Shown here: positions 1-10,258 of the stretch, piece after piece
Position numbering within the stretch: position 1 is the first letter of the stretch
Layout: each line of letters begins with the position of its first letter
NCBI GenBank assembly: GCA_032250835.1
Contig: JAVVEA010000005.1
Coordinates: 134,402-198,401 of the forward strand
Source of the DNA: a bacterium
GTDB lineage: Bacteria; SAR324; XYD2-FULL-50-16
Length of the DNA: 64,000 nucleotides
Direction: 5' to 3'
Notes under the pieces: model-generated
Seen by the model: only the letters and a program-made list of their open reading frames with translations
Told to the model about the DNA's origin: nothing
Databases searched by the model: none
Program-made: the position numbers and the translations under genes

Positions 1-2
1 AG

Positions 3-665
3 CGGCCCGCCCCGGCCTATCAGCCCGCCCCCAGGTTCAACTTCAATCTAGGCTTCCATTTCAACGGCCCCATCCGGGGCGGAAACGACGACGCGGTGGC
101 TCTCTTTTTTGTGGTCGTCGGCTTGGTGGTGGTCTTTGCCTTTGTGGCCTATTCGGTAACCTATCTGTACCGCTATTTGGCCCATGGCTACCGAGGGCAA
201 GGTTGGTTTGAGTTAGGCGTCGGGGCCTGGGGTTTTGCTAACGCCCAAGAATTTGGCGGGCTGAAGGCCGCAAGGATCGGGATGGGACTCAAAGAACGGG
301 GGTTCTCGTGGGGCCTAGGAGCCGAGTTGGGCCGGATCGACGCCACCTTGAGTTTAGAACCCAAAGACCAAGCAAAAGACTTGGCCCTTTCGGGGGCCTA
401 CGCCGCCGCCGGTCCGCGCCTCAACTACGCCACCGACTGGGGCCCCCAATGGACCCTGGAGTTTTTAGCGGGCACCAGCGAACACCCCGAGGTGCACCTC
501 TTAGCCAAGGCTATGCTGGGCCTACGCTGGCGCTATGGTAGTGGGTTATATTTCGGCCTCAGCACCGGCAGCCTGATGGTCAGTCTCAAGAGCAACCTAG
601 GCTATGTGCGCCAACAAAACCCCTACAACTGGCTGAGCGGAGCCGAGACAGGCTGGCGGTTTTAG
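3..665 (+). CDS. Hypothetical membrane/outer-membrane protein, probably 5'-truncated by the window edge
   Basis: The frame of ORF 96..665 stays open back to position 3. It has a hydrophobic segment, then amphipathic beta-like strands and a C-terminal W-R-F. Confidence 0.6.
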   Translation, partial: RPAPAYQPAPRFNFNLGFHFNGPIRGGNDDAVALFFVVVGLVVVFAFVAYSVTYLYRYLAHGYRGQGWFELGVGAWGFANAQEFGGLKAARIGMGLKERGFSWGLGAELGRIDATLSLEPKDQAKDLALSGAYAAAGPRLNYATDWGPQWTLEFLAGTSEHPEVHLLAKAMLGLRWRYGSGLYFGLSTGSLMVSLKSNLGYVRQQNPYNWLSGAETGWRF

Positions 666-671
666 CGGCCT

Positions 672-1211
672 TTAGGGCTGGTTTTCGGAGTCTTGGTAGA
701 CACGAGTGCCGGTGGCGCGGCGTTGGCCTTGATATTTGCCGTCGTAGGGGTTTTTGGCGGCTTGGTCCATTTCGGCCAAGACCAACTGACAGATGCGGCG
801 GCCTGCCACCAAGCGGATGGGGACGTTGTTGGCGTTAAACAACTCTAAAGTGATTTCGCCTTCAAAGCCCGGATCGACCCAACCGGCATTTTGGATGAAC
901 AAACCCATGCGCCCAATCGAACTGCGGCCTTCAACGAAGGCCGTCAGGTTGTTGGGCAGGCCGATGTATTCCATGGTAGTCGCCAAGATGAAGCTGTGCG
1001 GCGGCAAGATGATCTCTTCGCGCTCGATGGTCACATATTCAGGCGGCGTTTCTAGGTCGAGGTGGGTGACGTTGTTTTCGCTGATCTTTAAGAAGTGGGT
1101 ACCCAAGCGCAAATCCACCGAGGCCGGTTGGATCTGGTGTTCCACTAAAGGGTCGATCTTCAACTCGCCCTTGTCGATCAGTTCTGCAATCTTGTGGTCA
1201 GATAGGATCAT
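672..1211 (-). CDS. dcd: dCTP deaminase
   Basis: [35 protein letters not shown] and KYQGQ motifs. Confidence 0.95.
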   Translation of the reverse strand: MILSDHKIAELIDKGELKIDPLVEHQIQPASVDLRLGTHFLKISENNVTHLDLETPPEYVTIEREEIILPPHSFILATTMEYIGLPNNLTAFVEGRSSIGRMGLFIQNAGWVDPGFEGEITLELFNANNVPIRLVAGRRICQLVLAEMDQAAKNPYDGKYQGQRRATGTRVYQDSENQP

Positions 1212-1334
1212 GAGCCCAATTTCCCTTTACAAAGCACCAAAAAAAGCCAAACCTAACTGGCAAATCCGCAGGGCCGAACGCTTTGCGGTTTGGCCATCCT
1301 GTATGAAATTCCCCCAAAAGGCAAGCTTAGCTCC

Positions 1335-2510
1335 ATGACCCAACCTCTGCGTTTTAATTTGCACCAAACCGACCCCAGCGGCGCGCGCCGGGGTGAGATC
1401 GTCACCGCCCGCGGAACGGTACAAACGCCCATCTTCATGCCCGTCGGCACCGCTGCGGCGATGAAGGCACTGACCCCCGCCCAGCTTAAAGACTGCGGGG
1501 CTCAGATTGTCTTATCCAACGCCTACCACCTAGAAAACCAACCGGGCAGTGAGCTGATCGAAAAGCTCGGCGGCCTGCATGAGTTCATGAAGTGGGACGG
1601 GCCCATGCTGACCGATTCGGGCGGTTATCAGGTCTTTAGCCTCAAGAAAAAGACGGTCGAAGAAGAAGGGGTGACCTTTGCCTACGCCCTTGAAGGTAAG
1701 CCCGTGCGCCTCAGCCCCGAGATCAGCATGATGATCCAAAACCGGCTGGGTGCGGACATCATCATGGCCTTTGATGAATGTGTCGAATTCCCGACCACCT
1801 ATGGCTACGCCAAGGAATCCCTGGAGCGCACCCTACGTTGGGCCAAGCGCAGCAAAGAGGCCCACAACAACCCCGCCCAAGCGCTCTTCGGCATCAGCCA
1901 AGGAGCCCTGTGGGAAGACCTGCGCCAGCGCAGCATGGAAGGCCTGATTGAACTAGACTTTCCGGGTTATGCCATCGGCGGGCTTTCGGTCGGCGAGGGG
2001 CTGGAACACATGAAAAATGCGCTGGACTTCACCACGCCGTTGATGCCCGCAGACAAGCCCCGCTACCTGATGGGTATTGGTCTGCCTGAGGACATCTTAG
2101 AAGCCGTAGAACGCGGCATCGACATGATGGACTGCGTGATCCCCACCAAGTTCGCCCGTAGCGGCGTCTTGTTCACCCACGTAGGCCGCCTCCGGGTGAC
2201 CAACGGTGAATTCCGGCGCGACAAGTTCCCGGTGGACACCAATTGTGAATGTTATTGCTGCCAAAACTTCAGCCGTGCCTACCTGCACCACCTCTTTGCG
2301 GCCAACGAGATCTTAGGGGCGACCTTGACCTCGATCCACAACGTCCATTTTTACATGACCCTTTCTACCAAAATGCAGCAGGCCATCGAGCAAGGGCGCT
2401 TCGGAGCCTTTAAGGCCGACTTCTTAGAGACCTACCAGCGGGCCGAAAAGAAGCAAGCCGCCAAGGGCTCGAGGCCCAAGCCCATCTCGGGCAAGCGGAA
2501 GAAAAAATAA
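1335..2510 (+). CDS. tgt: tRNA-guanine transglycosylase
   Basis: TPIFMPVGT, LTDSGGYQVFS, DMMDCVIPT and Zn site CECYC...H. ATG at 1335 preferred over 1290. Confidence 0.95.
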   Translation: MTQPLRFNLHQTDPSGARRGEIVTARGTVQTPIFMPVGTAAAMKALTPAQLKDCGAQIVLSNAYHLENQPGSELIEKLGGLHEFMKWDGPMLTDSGGYQVFSLKKKTVEEEGVTFAYALEGKPVRLSPEISMMIQNRLGADIIMAFDECVEFPTTYGYAKESLERTLRWAKRSKEAHNNPAQALFGISQGALWEDLRQRSMEGLIELDFPGYAIGGLSVGEGLEHMKNALDFTTPLMPADKPRYLMGIGLPEDILEAVERGIDMMDCVIPTKFARSGVLFTHVGRLRVTNGEFRRDKFPVDTNCECYCCQNFSRAYLHHLFAANEILGATLTSIHNVHFYMTLSTKMQQAIEQGRFGAFKADFLETYQRAEKKQAAKGSRPKPISGKRKKK

Positions 2511-4624
2511 TGAAGCTCGACCCCGCCAACCTATTCCGGCTCCTCAAGAATCACCCAGGGGGCCTAAACAGCAAAGAAATCCTGACCCAAATGGGTCAGA
2601 AGCAAAAGATGAAGGCCCAACTGCGCAAAATACTGCGCCATATGGCCCAGGAGGGTTGGGTTTTTAAAGACAACAGCCGCTACCAACTCACCGACCAGGG
2701 GAAAGAGGCCTCCGGGGCCTTTGCCGCAGCGTCAGAAAAGAAAAGGGAAAAGGAAAAACCAACCGCCAAGCGACGCATCCAGGAGGCTTTTTTCAAGGCC
2801 CAAGGCAGCTACCTCTTGGCGCGCGGCACCGGCCAGCGCTTGGAGTTGGCCCCCAGTTCGGAGCGTGAGTTCTTGACCGGCGACTTGGTGGGCTTTGAAG
2901 AAACCCCGCAAGGGGCGAAGATCAACCGCTTTATCGAACGCAGCATCGAGCAAATCAAAGGGCGGCTGCGTTTTGAAGGTGAACAGCTTTTCTTCGACCC
3001 CCTCAGCGCCGACTTCCCCAAGGGCTTTAAGGCCAGCGGCCTCAAGCCGACCGAAAAGCTCGACGGCCAAAAAGCCATGGGCAAGGTCTTGGCCTTTCCC
3101 GACGCGCGGGTCCGCATCGAAGGGTTGATTTCAAAAGACGAAAACGATAAAGCCGCCTACCGCAGCATCCAGATCCAAAACCAAATCCCCTTTGAATTCC
3201 CCCAAGCAGTCGTCGAGCAAGCCCGCTCCTTTGGGACCGAGCCAAGCCCGAGCCCAAACCGGACCGACCTGCGCGACCTACCCATTGTGACCATCGACGG
3301 AGCCGACGCCAAGGACTTTGACGACGCCATCTGTGGTGAAGAAACGCCGGACGGCGATTTCCGCCTTTGGGTCAGTATTGCCGACGTGGCCGAATACGTG
3401 ACCCTCAAGAGCGACCTAGACAAAGAAGCCGCCCAGCGCGGCACCAGCGTCTATATGCCCGGCACGGTGGTGCCGATGCTGCCCGAGGAGTTATCCAACG
3501 GGCTGTGTAGCCTCAACCCCGAGGTCAACCGCTTAACCTTGACCGCCGAGATGCTCTTAGGCCCCAAAGGCGAAGTCAAGGATTGCAAAATCTATGAGTC
3601 CACCATCAAATCCCGCGCCCGCCTGACATACGGCGAGGTGGACCAGCTGTTTGAGACGGGAAGCTGGGACAAGGATGCGGTCTTAACCGAAAAGCTGATG
3701 CTCTACCGCAAGTGGGCGCTGATCTTACGGGGCAAGCGTGAAAAGCGCGGGGCCATTGCCTTTTCACTGCCTGAAGCGGTTTTTGACTTTGCGCCGACCG
3801 GAGAGGTGACCGGTATCCACCAATCCTTCCAAAGCGAGGCCCAGAAACTGATCGAGCAGTTTATGTTAGAGGCCAACGAAAATGTGGGCCATTTCTGTGA
3901 GAAACAAAAGCTACCGATCCTTTGGCGTAACCACCCGCCCCCGCTGCCGGCCAAACAGGAACTACTCAAAAGCCTGTTGTGGAACCTAAACATCCGCGTG
4001 CCCTTCTTGCAGCGCGGAAAGGACTACAACGAGGTTTTGGCCCAAGCCCATGACAACCCCAACCGCATCTTTGTGGAAAACGCCCTGCTGCGCTCCATGT
4101 CGCTGGCTAACTATGGAGCCAAGCGCGAGGGCCACTTTGGTTTGGCGGCGACCCATTACCTGCACTTCACTTCGCCTATAAGGCGCTACCCGGACCTAGT
4201 GGTCCACCGCGCCCTGAAGGCCCATTTGGCGGGAGAAAAGCCCCCCGCACTGGCCCGCTTTTTAGGCGAAACGACCAGCGAACGGGAACGCCTGGCTAAG
4301 CAGGCCGAGCGCGACGGGGTCAAGCTCAAGCGGATGGTCTATATGTCCGGCTTTATCGGGCAAGACTATAAGGCACGCATCACCGGCTTGAACCGAGCGG
4401 GCATCTACTGCGAAGTCGCCGAACCCTATGTAGAAGGATTCATCCCCTTTAAAGGCTTGGTGGATGACCACTATGATTGGGACGACCAGATCCAACGGGC
4501 CCTAGGCAAGCGCAGCCACCGTAGTTTGGCCATCGGTCAGGAATTGCAGGTCCTTTTAACGGGCTTGCAGTTGGACTATAAGTCGCTGAATTTTGCTTGG
4601 ATTGCCTGGATTGACCCGGCCTGA
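2510..4624 (+). CDS. rnr: Ribonuclease R (RNB family)
   Basis: TIDGADAKDFDDA catalytic motif, HFTSPIRRYPD, C-terminal S1-like domain. Start overlaps the tgt stop. Confidence 0.9.
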   Translation: MKLDPANLFRLLKNHPGGLNSKEILTQMGQKQKMKAQLRKILRHMAQEGWVFKDNSRYQLTDQGKEASGAFAAASEKKREKEKPTAKRRIQEAFFKAQGSYLLARGTGQRLELAPSSEREFLTGDLVGFEETPQGAKINRFIERSIEQIKGRLRFEGEQLFFDPLSADFPKGFKASGLKPTEKLDGQKAMGKVLAFPDARVRIEGLISKDENDKAAYRSIQIQNQIPFEFPQAVVEQARSFGTEPSPSPNRTDLRDLPIVTIDGADAKDFDDAICGEETPDGDFRLWVSIADVAEYVTLKSDLDKEAAQRGTSVYMPGTVVPMLPEELSNGLCSLNPEVNRLTLTAEMLLGPKGEVKDCKIYESTIKSRARLTYGEVDQLFETGSWDKDAVLTEKLMLYRKWALILRGKREKRGAIAFSLPEAVFDFAPTGEVTGIHQSFQSEAQKLIEQFMLEANENVGHFCEKQKLPILWRNHPPPLPAKQELLKSLLWNLNIRVPFLQRGKDYNEVLAQAHDNPNRIFVENALLRSMSLANYGAKREGHFGLAATHYLHFTSPIRRYPDLVVHRALKAHLAGEKPPALARFLGETTSERERLAKQAERDGVKLKRMVYMSGFIGQDYKARITGLNRAGIYCEVAEPYVEGFIPFKGLVDDHYDWDDQIQRALGKRSHRSLAIGQELQVLLTGLQLDYKSLNFAWIAWIDPA

Positions 4625-4729
4625 GGCCGCTCGACCCTGGCCTAGTAAGATTCCAGCAAATTAGCTTATCATATCGGCCAGGATCGGATACCCTAGGGGG
4701 ACATTTGACCCCAACTAGGAGCTATCCAA

Positions 4730-5104
4730 ATGACTCAGAAAATTGCCTTCGGGGCCCGCGTGATCATGGGCCTGATCTTTGTGGTTTTTGGCCTAAACGG
4801 CTTCCTCAACTTCATGCCCACCCCACCGTTAACGCCCCCGGCGGCGGCCTTTTTAAACGCCATGATGGCCACCGGCTATATTTTGCCGATGGTTAAGGCG
4901 ACTGAGATCATCGGGGGCGCGATGCTGCTAAGCGGCGGACTGGCCCCCTTGGGCTTGGTCTTTTTGGCTCCGGTGATCGTTAACATCCTGGCCTTCCATC
5001 TCTTCTTGGACCCGGCGGGCCTGCCTATGGCTACGGTATTGACGCTCTTAGAAGCCTTTTTGGCCTTCGCCTATTTTGGCCGCTTCCGCAGTTTATTCGG
5101 CTAG
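4730..5104 (+). CDS. DoxX-family membrane protein
   Basis: AGGAG RBS; four hydrophobic segments; FGLNGFLNF and NILAFH motifs. Confidence 0.8.
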   Translation: MTQKIAFGARVIMGLIFVVFGLNGFLNFMPTPPLTPPAAAFLNAMMATGYILPMVKATEIIGGAMLLSGGLAPLGLVFLAPVIVNILAFHLFLDPAGLPMATVLTLLEAFLAFAYFGRFRSLFG

Positions 5105-5420
5105 GGTCTTGGGGCTGAACCGGCAAGGAGCAACCCCGCAAGGGGCATAAAGCCTGTGCTGGCCCTGCCCTAAAATAAACTGAAGCTACCCTTACCCCCT
5201 AGGACCTTGTGAATTGGGTTAACCCGGTAGCCTTCGGATGCGTTGGACGTTAAAGACCTGATAGACCTTGAGTTTCACCAAGCGCAGCCGAACAGAACCA
5301 ATGCCTCCTTGGGTATTTTGTTCCGCCGGAGCCTGGACCTTGTCATTCGGAAGACCGCCTGATAAAATATTGTTGTGGCAGGCAAACAAATCACTGCTTC
5401 GCACAAGTTTTACAGGATGA

Positions 5421-6029
5421 ATGATTGACCTAATCGCCACCTTTATCATTTTCTTTTCTGTTATTGACCCCATTGGGTCAGTACCAGTTTTCATTGCCGT
5501 TACCGCCAAGCACAGCGAAGAAGAACGGACCAAAATAGCGCTTCTGTCTACCCTAATTTCAGCAGCTATTCTTTTGGTCTTCATTGTCGCTGGGGAAATT
5601 ATTTTAAAGGCCATGAAAATTCCGCTTTCTAGCTATCAAACAGCTGGCGGGATTATTTTGTTTTTATTTGCTCTATCGATGATTTTTGGTGAAAGTAAAC
5701 CAGAAGAAGAGGTTAACCTAGCTAAGAAGTATCAAGATACGGCTGTTTTTCCTTTAGCTGTTCCCTCCATAGCTGGCCCAGGTGCCATGTTAACGGTGGT
5801 TCTATTGACGGAACATTCTCGTTTCAGCTTTTGGGAGCAAGCACAAACAGCGGCCGTAATGCTGTTTGTCTTACTTTTAACCTACTTATGTATGTTAGGT
5901 GCCAAGTGGATCAACCGAATCATCGGTAGCACCGGAGCCAGTATCATCAGCCGCGTCTTGGGGTTAATTTTAGCCTCCGCTGCAGTCGCCCATACCTTGG
6001 CGGGTATTAAAGCCTATTTTGAACTCTAG
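5421..6029 (+). CDS. MarC-family membrane protein
   Basis: VIDPIG and FPLAVPSIAGPGA motifs; about 6 TM segments. Confidence 0.9.
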   Translation: MIDLIATFIIFFSVIDPIGSVPVFIAVTAKHSEEERTKIALLSTLISAAILLVFIVAGEIILKAMKIPLSSYQTAGGIILFLFALSMIFGESKPEEEVNLAKKYQDTAVFPLAVPSIAGPGAMLTVVLLTEHSRFSFWEQAQTAAVMLFVLLLTYLCMLGAKWINRIIGSTGASIISRVLGLILASAAVAHTLAGIKAYFEL

Positions 6030-6107
6030 CCCCCGCAAAACAGGCAAGTTCGCCCAAGAATAGGGGAATTTGACGGATACACCTCTTTAAAAAACCATGG
6101 AGAAGCC

Positions 6108-7181
6108 GTGTTCATTGACGTCGCAATGTTGTTAGGTGGGCTGGCGTTATTGGTTTTTGGAGCCGATTTGCTTGTGAAAGGGGCTTCTGGAATTGCCCAT
6201 CGTTTTGGGGTGCCCCCTTTAGTGATCGGCTTAACGATTGTCGCCTTCGGTACTAGCGCGCCCGAGGCTTCCGTGGGCATCCAGTCCGCCTTATTGGGGC
6301 AGGCAGGGATTACCACCGGAAACGTAATTGGCTCCAATTTATTTAATACCCTGGCTATTTTGGGTGTAGCGGCACTGTTAGTCCCTCTGGTGGTATCGGC
6401 CCAGATCATCCGCAAAGAAGTCCCTGTAATGATAGCGGCTACCCTTTTAGTGCTGCTATTAGGCCGTGACGGGTATTATGGATGGTGGGATAGTTTGCTG
6501 CTCGTCAGCCTCTTGGTAGGTTATACCCTCTGGACGATCACTGAGGCGAACAGAGAAAGCGCCAAATCCAGTCAGCCCAAGGAAAAAATCAACTCCAAGG
6601 GGCCCTTAATCTTGTTGCTATTTACTTCCAGCGGGTTAGGTTTGCTGGTTCTAGGCGCTAATGGGTTAGTCACGGGCGCTTCTACTATTGCGAGTGCCTT
6701 AGGGGTTGATGAAGTAGTGATCGGCTTAACGATCGTCGCGATGGGTACCTCGCTTCCCGAAGCGGCTACCTCAGTGGTGGCGACCTTAAAGGGAGAGCGG
6801 GATTTAGCGGTAGGTAACGTGATTGGTTCAAATATTTTTAACTTAACCGGCGTGTTGGGACTGTCGGGCTTGGTAGCACCTCAGGCTATCCCAGTACCCA
6901 CCAGCATCCAATCATATGATATTTGGGTCCTTTTAATGGCAACCTTGCTCTGCCTGCCGGTTTTTATTTCCGGTGCCGAGATCTCTCGGCGCGAGGGACT
7001 TTTGTTTTTGTTTTTTTACTTGGTTTATATGCTTGATTTGGTTTCCGAGGCCACCGGCAATCCTCTGCATTCCCAGTTAAGAAATTTTGAACTGTTTGTG
7101 CTTTTTCCTTTGGTCGTGATAGCTGTGGCTCTAGAGTCCTGGTTCCTATACCGGAAAAAAAACTTGTCGAATAATAGCTAG
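6108..7181 (+). CDS. Ca2+/Na+ antiporter (CaCA, YrbG-like)
   Basis: Two alpha-repeats: GTSAPE...GSNLFN and GTSLPE...GSNIFN. Confidence 0.92.
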   Translation: MFIDVAMLLGGLALLVFGADLLVKGASGIAHRFGVPPLVIGLTIVAFGTSAPEASVGIQSALLGQAGITTGNVIGSNLFNTLAILGVAALLVPLVVSAQIIRKEVPVMIAATLLVLLLGRDGYYGWWDSLLLVSLLVGYTLWTITEANRESAKSSQPKEKINSKGPLILLLFTSSGLGLLVLGANGLVTGASTIASALGVDEVVIGLTIVAMGTSLPEAATSVVATLKGERDLAVGNVIGSNIFNLTGVLGLSGLVAPQAIPVPTSIQSYDIWVLLMATLLCLPVFISGAEISRREGLLFLFFYLVYMLDLVSEATGNPLHSQLRNFELFVLFPLVVIAVALESWFLYRKKNLSNNS

Positions 7182-7423
7182 CGAATAACCTGATGGTGAG
7201 CAGCGATAGACACCAATGCGTAGATTAAAAAAAACCTAACTAGCAAACCTGAAATTAGGCTAAGCGATATTAGGCCGCCTTCATTCAAAAACCCTTTTTT
7301 TTGGGGGGGCATGGAGTCTCTGGTCGAACAGGCTAAAATCTATTCCCAGCACTTGCTCGCCCCCAATCAATTTGGACCACAGCCTAGCTCCATCGCAGGC
7401 CAAACAATATTGAGGTTTTTCCT

Positions 7424-8011
7424 ATGACCGACATCAAATTTGACCCCAAAAAGCTGGCCAAGCTCAACAACCCAGAGCGCCTAAAGGCCCAAGACCCCGA
7501 TAAATATTGGGACCAATTGGATTTACCGGAAAATCCGGTGATCGTTGATCTAGGCTGCGGGACCGGCTTTTTTAGTGTGGAGTTTTTGCGCCGAGCGAAA
7601 GGGCCGAACGCCCAAGTTTTCGGCTTGGACATTGCCCAAATCATGCTCGATTGGATCGCGGAAAACCGGGCCGAGTACCAGGAGGGGCGTCTGGTCACCG
7701 GATTGATGCAAGAAGCCAACATCCCGCTTGAAGACGACTTAGCCGACTTGCTGGTGATGATCAACCTCCACCACGAGCTGCACCGCCCCACCCCGCTGCT
7801 AGAAGAGTGCTTCCGGGTGCTCAAAGAGGGCGCAAAAATCTTGATCATCGACTGGAAACCGACCGAAATGCCCCAAGGTCCGCCGCTAAAAATCCGCGTG
7901 GCCCCCGAGAAAGTAGTCGAGCAACTGACCCACAGCGGCTTTGAACAGGCCCGTGACTTACAACTCTACGAAAATTTTTATGCGGTGTTGGCTCTTAAGC
8001 CTGAGGCTTGA
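7424..8011 (+). CDS. Class I SAM-dependent methyltransferase
   Basis: DLGCGTG motif I, RVLKEGA, IIDW. Confidence 0.88.
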   Translation: MTDIKFDPKKLAKLNNPERLKAQDPDKYWDQLDLPENPVIVDLGCGTGFFSVEFLRRAKGPNAQVFGLDIAQIMLDWIAENRAEYQEGRLVTGLMQEANIPLEDDLADLLVMINLHHELHRPTPLLEECFRVLKEGAKILIIDWKPTEMPQGPPLKIRVAPEKVVEQLTHSGFEQARDLQLYENFYAVLALKPEA

Positions 8012-8069
8012 AAAAAGATCACCACTCCGCTAGATTCAAGGGGCAAACCACCAACCGTCAAAGGCGCCT

Positions 8070-8552
8070 ATGTTTTCAGTCAAAGCCACCTTCCACAATG
8101 GCCAGTTCCAATTGGAAGACCCCTTGTTTTTTAAGGGTAAAGCCAAAGTGATCGTGACCCTACTTGAGGGCGACTCGCTAGATGCCAGCCAGTCCATCGA
8201 AGTAGACGACGAAGACAACTTGAGCGAAGAAGAACTCCGCGCCCTGCGCCGCTTCGAGCGCCACCGCGCCCGTGGCACCATCACCATCAATGAAGAAGGG
8301 ACAGAGGAAGCCTTTAAGCTCTTTGACTACTCCAAAGGCGGCCTCAGCTTCATTTCCAAGCGGCCTTTTGAAAAAGGGCGCTTGCTCACGGCGCACCTTA
8401 AAGATGCCCTAGACAGCTCTTCTTCGGTTTTGGAATTTGAATTTGAAGTAGCCCGCTCGGTGGAGCATGGTCAGGAATTCAAAATCGGCTGTAAATTTAC
8501 CGACGACATCGACGAAGGCCTGTGGCACGACTTGATGCGAACCAGCGGTTGA
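8070..8552 (+). CDS. PilZ-domain protein with a small N-terminal DUF104/AF2212-like module
   Basis: RRFER (RxxxR) and DYSKGG (DxSxxG) c-di-GMP motifs; C-terminal IGCKF. Confidence 0.75.
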   Translation: MFSVKATFHNGQFQLEDPLFFKGKAKVIVTLLEGDSLDASQSIEVDDEDNLSEEELRALRRFERHRARGTITINEEGTEEAFKLFDYSKGGLSFISKRPFEKGRLLTAHLKDALDSSSSVLEFEFEVARSVEHGQEFKIGCKFTDDIDEGLWHDLMRTSG

Positions 8553-8553
8553 G

Positions 8554-9156
8554 ATGGAACTAGTCATCGGTTTAGCGGACTTCATAAAGTGGAGCTGCGT
8601 CATCTACGGCTGGATGATCCTTGGCGCCTTCCTGCTCAGTTGGATCCACGCGGACCCCAACAACGGCATGGTCCGTTTCATCAACAACGCCACCCAGCCC
8701 TTCTGGTACGCCGTCAGCCACAAGCTGCCCCTTTCGCTGGTGCCCTTGGCCCCGATTGTGGCCCTATTTTTGGTGGATTATGCTGAGGTTTTCTTGCCCG
8801 GCCTAGTGCGTTCGGTGGGGGCCATGTTGGTCGCGGGATTGCCACCCGAAACGGCGGCGCTGAACATTGGCGTCTATGCTTTGTTGGCCGGTTTGATGGT
8901 GCTGCGCAGCATCATGTTTTTCCTGGGTTTGCTCTGCGTCTTGTATTTTATCTTCGGCGTGGTGGCTCCTTCTCTGGGCAACCCCATTGTCCGCAGCGTC
9001 ACCTTCATGATCGACCCCTTTTTACGGCCCCTACAGCGGCTCTTGCCCCGCGCTAGCGTGGACCTTTCTCCGGTGGTTTTGGGGCTGGGGCTCTACATCG
9101 GCATGACCGCCATGATGCCCCTCTTTGTGACCTTGCAGCGGCAATTGAGCATTTAA
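8554..9156 (+). CDS. YggT-family membrane protein (two repeats)
   Basis: LSWI..DPNN..VRFI and NPIVR..DPFLRPLQRLLP..DLSP repeats. Confidence 0.85.
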   Translation: MELVIGLADFIKWSCVIYGWMILGAFLLSWIHADPNNGMVRFINNATQPFWYAVSHKLPLSLVPLAPIVALFLVDYAEVFLPGLVRSVGAMLVAGLPPETAALNIGVYALLAGLMVLRSIMFFLGLLCVLYFIFGVVAPSLGNPIVRSVTFMIDPFLRPLQRLLPRASVDLSPVVLGLGLYIGMTAMMPLFVTLQRQLSI

Positions 9157-9157
9157 C

Positions 9158-10258
9158 ATGCCCGAAGCCCGCGCCTCTTTAGTCCGGCGAATCCAACGCC
9201 TCGCCGGAATCGACCCCTTAGCCGATTTTGACGAAAGCTTTTTCGCCCCGACCGGTAACGATCAGGGGGCCCAGTTTTGCTTAAAAAACCTGTCGCCCGA
9301 GTTGTTAGAATTAGACCCCGCCGATGCGCACCACTTTCTTTGCGCCGAATTGGGGGCCGCTTTGGGTTTGGAATTAACGCTAGACGAGTCCGGCCTATTC
9401 GCCGAGGTCAAAACAGAGCCCCAAAAGGGTTCGCCCTTACAATTGGTTTTGGACCTCAGCGACCCCTTGCTGGTGGTGGCTCATTATCTGGGCGACGCCC
9501 GCGCCATAACGCGCCTAAACGCCCAATTAACGGCCCAGCCAGCACTCCCCCCGGCCCGTTTGGGCGGTCAAGGTTTGAGGGACCTGCGCGGCCTTTGGAC
9601 CCGCCTGTTCGAGGCCCATTTAAACTTCGAGCAATCGCCCAAACTATTTAATTACCCTCAAGGCCTCAAAGCGCAGCTCAAGGGAGCCACCGCCAGCCAG
9701 CTCTTTGGCAAGTTGCTGGGGCCCGAAAACCGCTGGGTAGAGTTGGAATTATTATCCGGCGAAACCGACCAAGGGTCCGGTGCTTGGTTATCGGTCAACG
9801 AGTCGGCCTATCTGCTTGGCCGGGGCATGAAGACGGGACAATTCTTAGAGCCGGTCCAGGCAGCAGCAGAGCGCTTGCAGCGACGCTACCAGAGCCTTGA
9901 AGCGCTCTACTGCGCCAAACTAGAACCCCAAGGTTCCGGCTGGTTTCAGCTAGACGACCCCTGGGTAAGCGCTCGGCTGGACCAGCCGATTGAGCGGATC
10001 GACCAATTCTTGCGCCTGCTGGGCCAAGAGACCAAGTCCTTGGAACTAGCCGGACAGTCCGAACGACTGACCCCTGAACTCTGGAGCCTATTGCTTTGTG
10101 ACGCCCGAGGCGGGCAGTTGAAGCTAGAAGTGAGCCGGCAAAAACTACGCGCCCAGCTAGAAGGGCGCGCTTCGATTGCTCTGTTAGACCGCCTGGAGCG
10201 ATTCTTAGCTGCTCAGGTTTGTGCTGGATTGAGCTTCCTTGAGGCCCAAGATGTTTGA
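9158..10258 (+). CDS. Hypothetical protein
   Basis: 366-aa ORF with host-like codon style, tightly packed in an operon; no motif recognised. Confidence 0.65.
   Translation: MPEARASLVRRIQRLAGIDPLADFDESFFAPTGNDQGAQFCLKNLSPELLELDPADAHHFLCAELGAALGLELTLDESGLFAEVKTEPQKGSPLQLVLDLSDPLLVVAHYLGDARAITRLNAQLTAQPALPPARLGGQGLRDLRGLWTRLFEAHLNFEQSPKLFNYPQGLKAQLKGATASQLFGKLLGPENRWVELELLSGETDQGSGAWLSVNESAYLLGRGMKTGQFLEPVQAAAERLQRRYQSLEALYCAKLEPQGSGWFQLDDPWVSARLDQPIERIDQFLRLLGQETKSLELAGQSERLTPELWSLLLCDARGGQLKLEVSRQKLRAQLEGRASIALLDRLERFLAAQVCAGLSFLEAQDV

Noticed and set aside
5219-5400. Minus-strand peptide LKVYQVFNVQ resembling the ArdC Y.VFN..Q motif
   Set aside because: A single short motif with no credible start or other ArdC features; likely chance.
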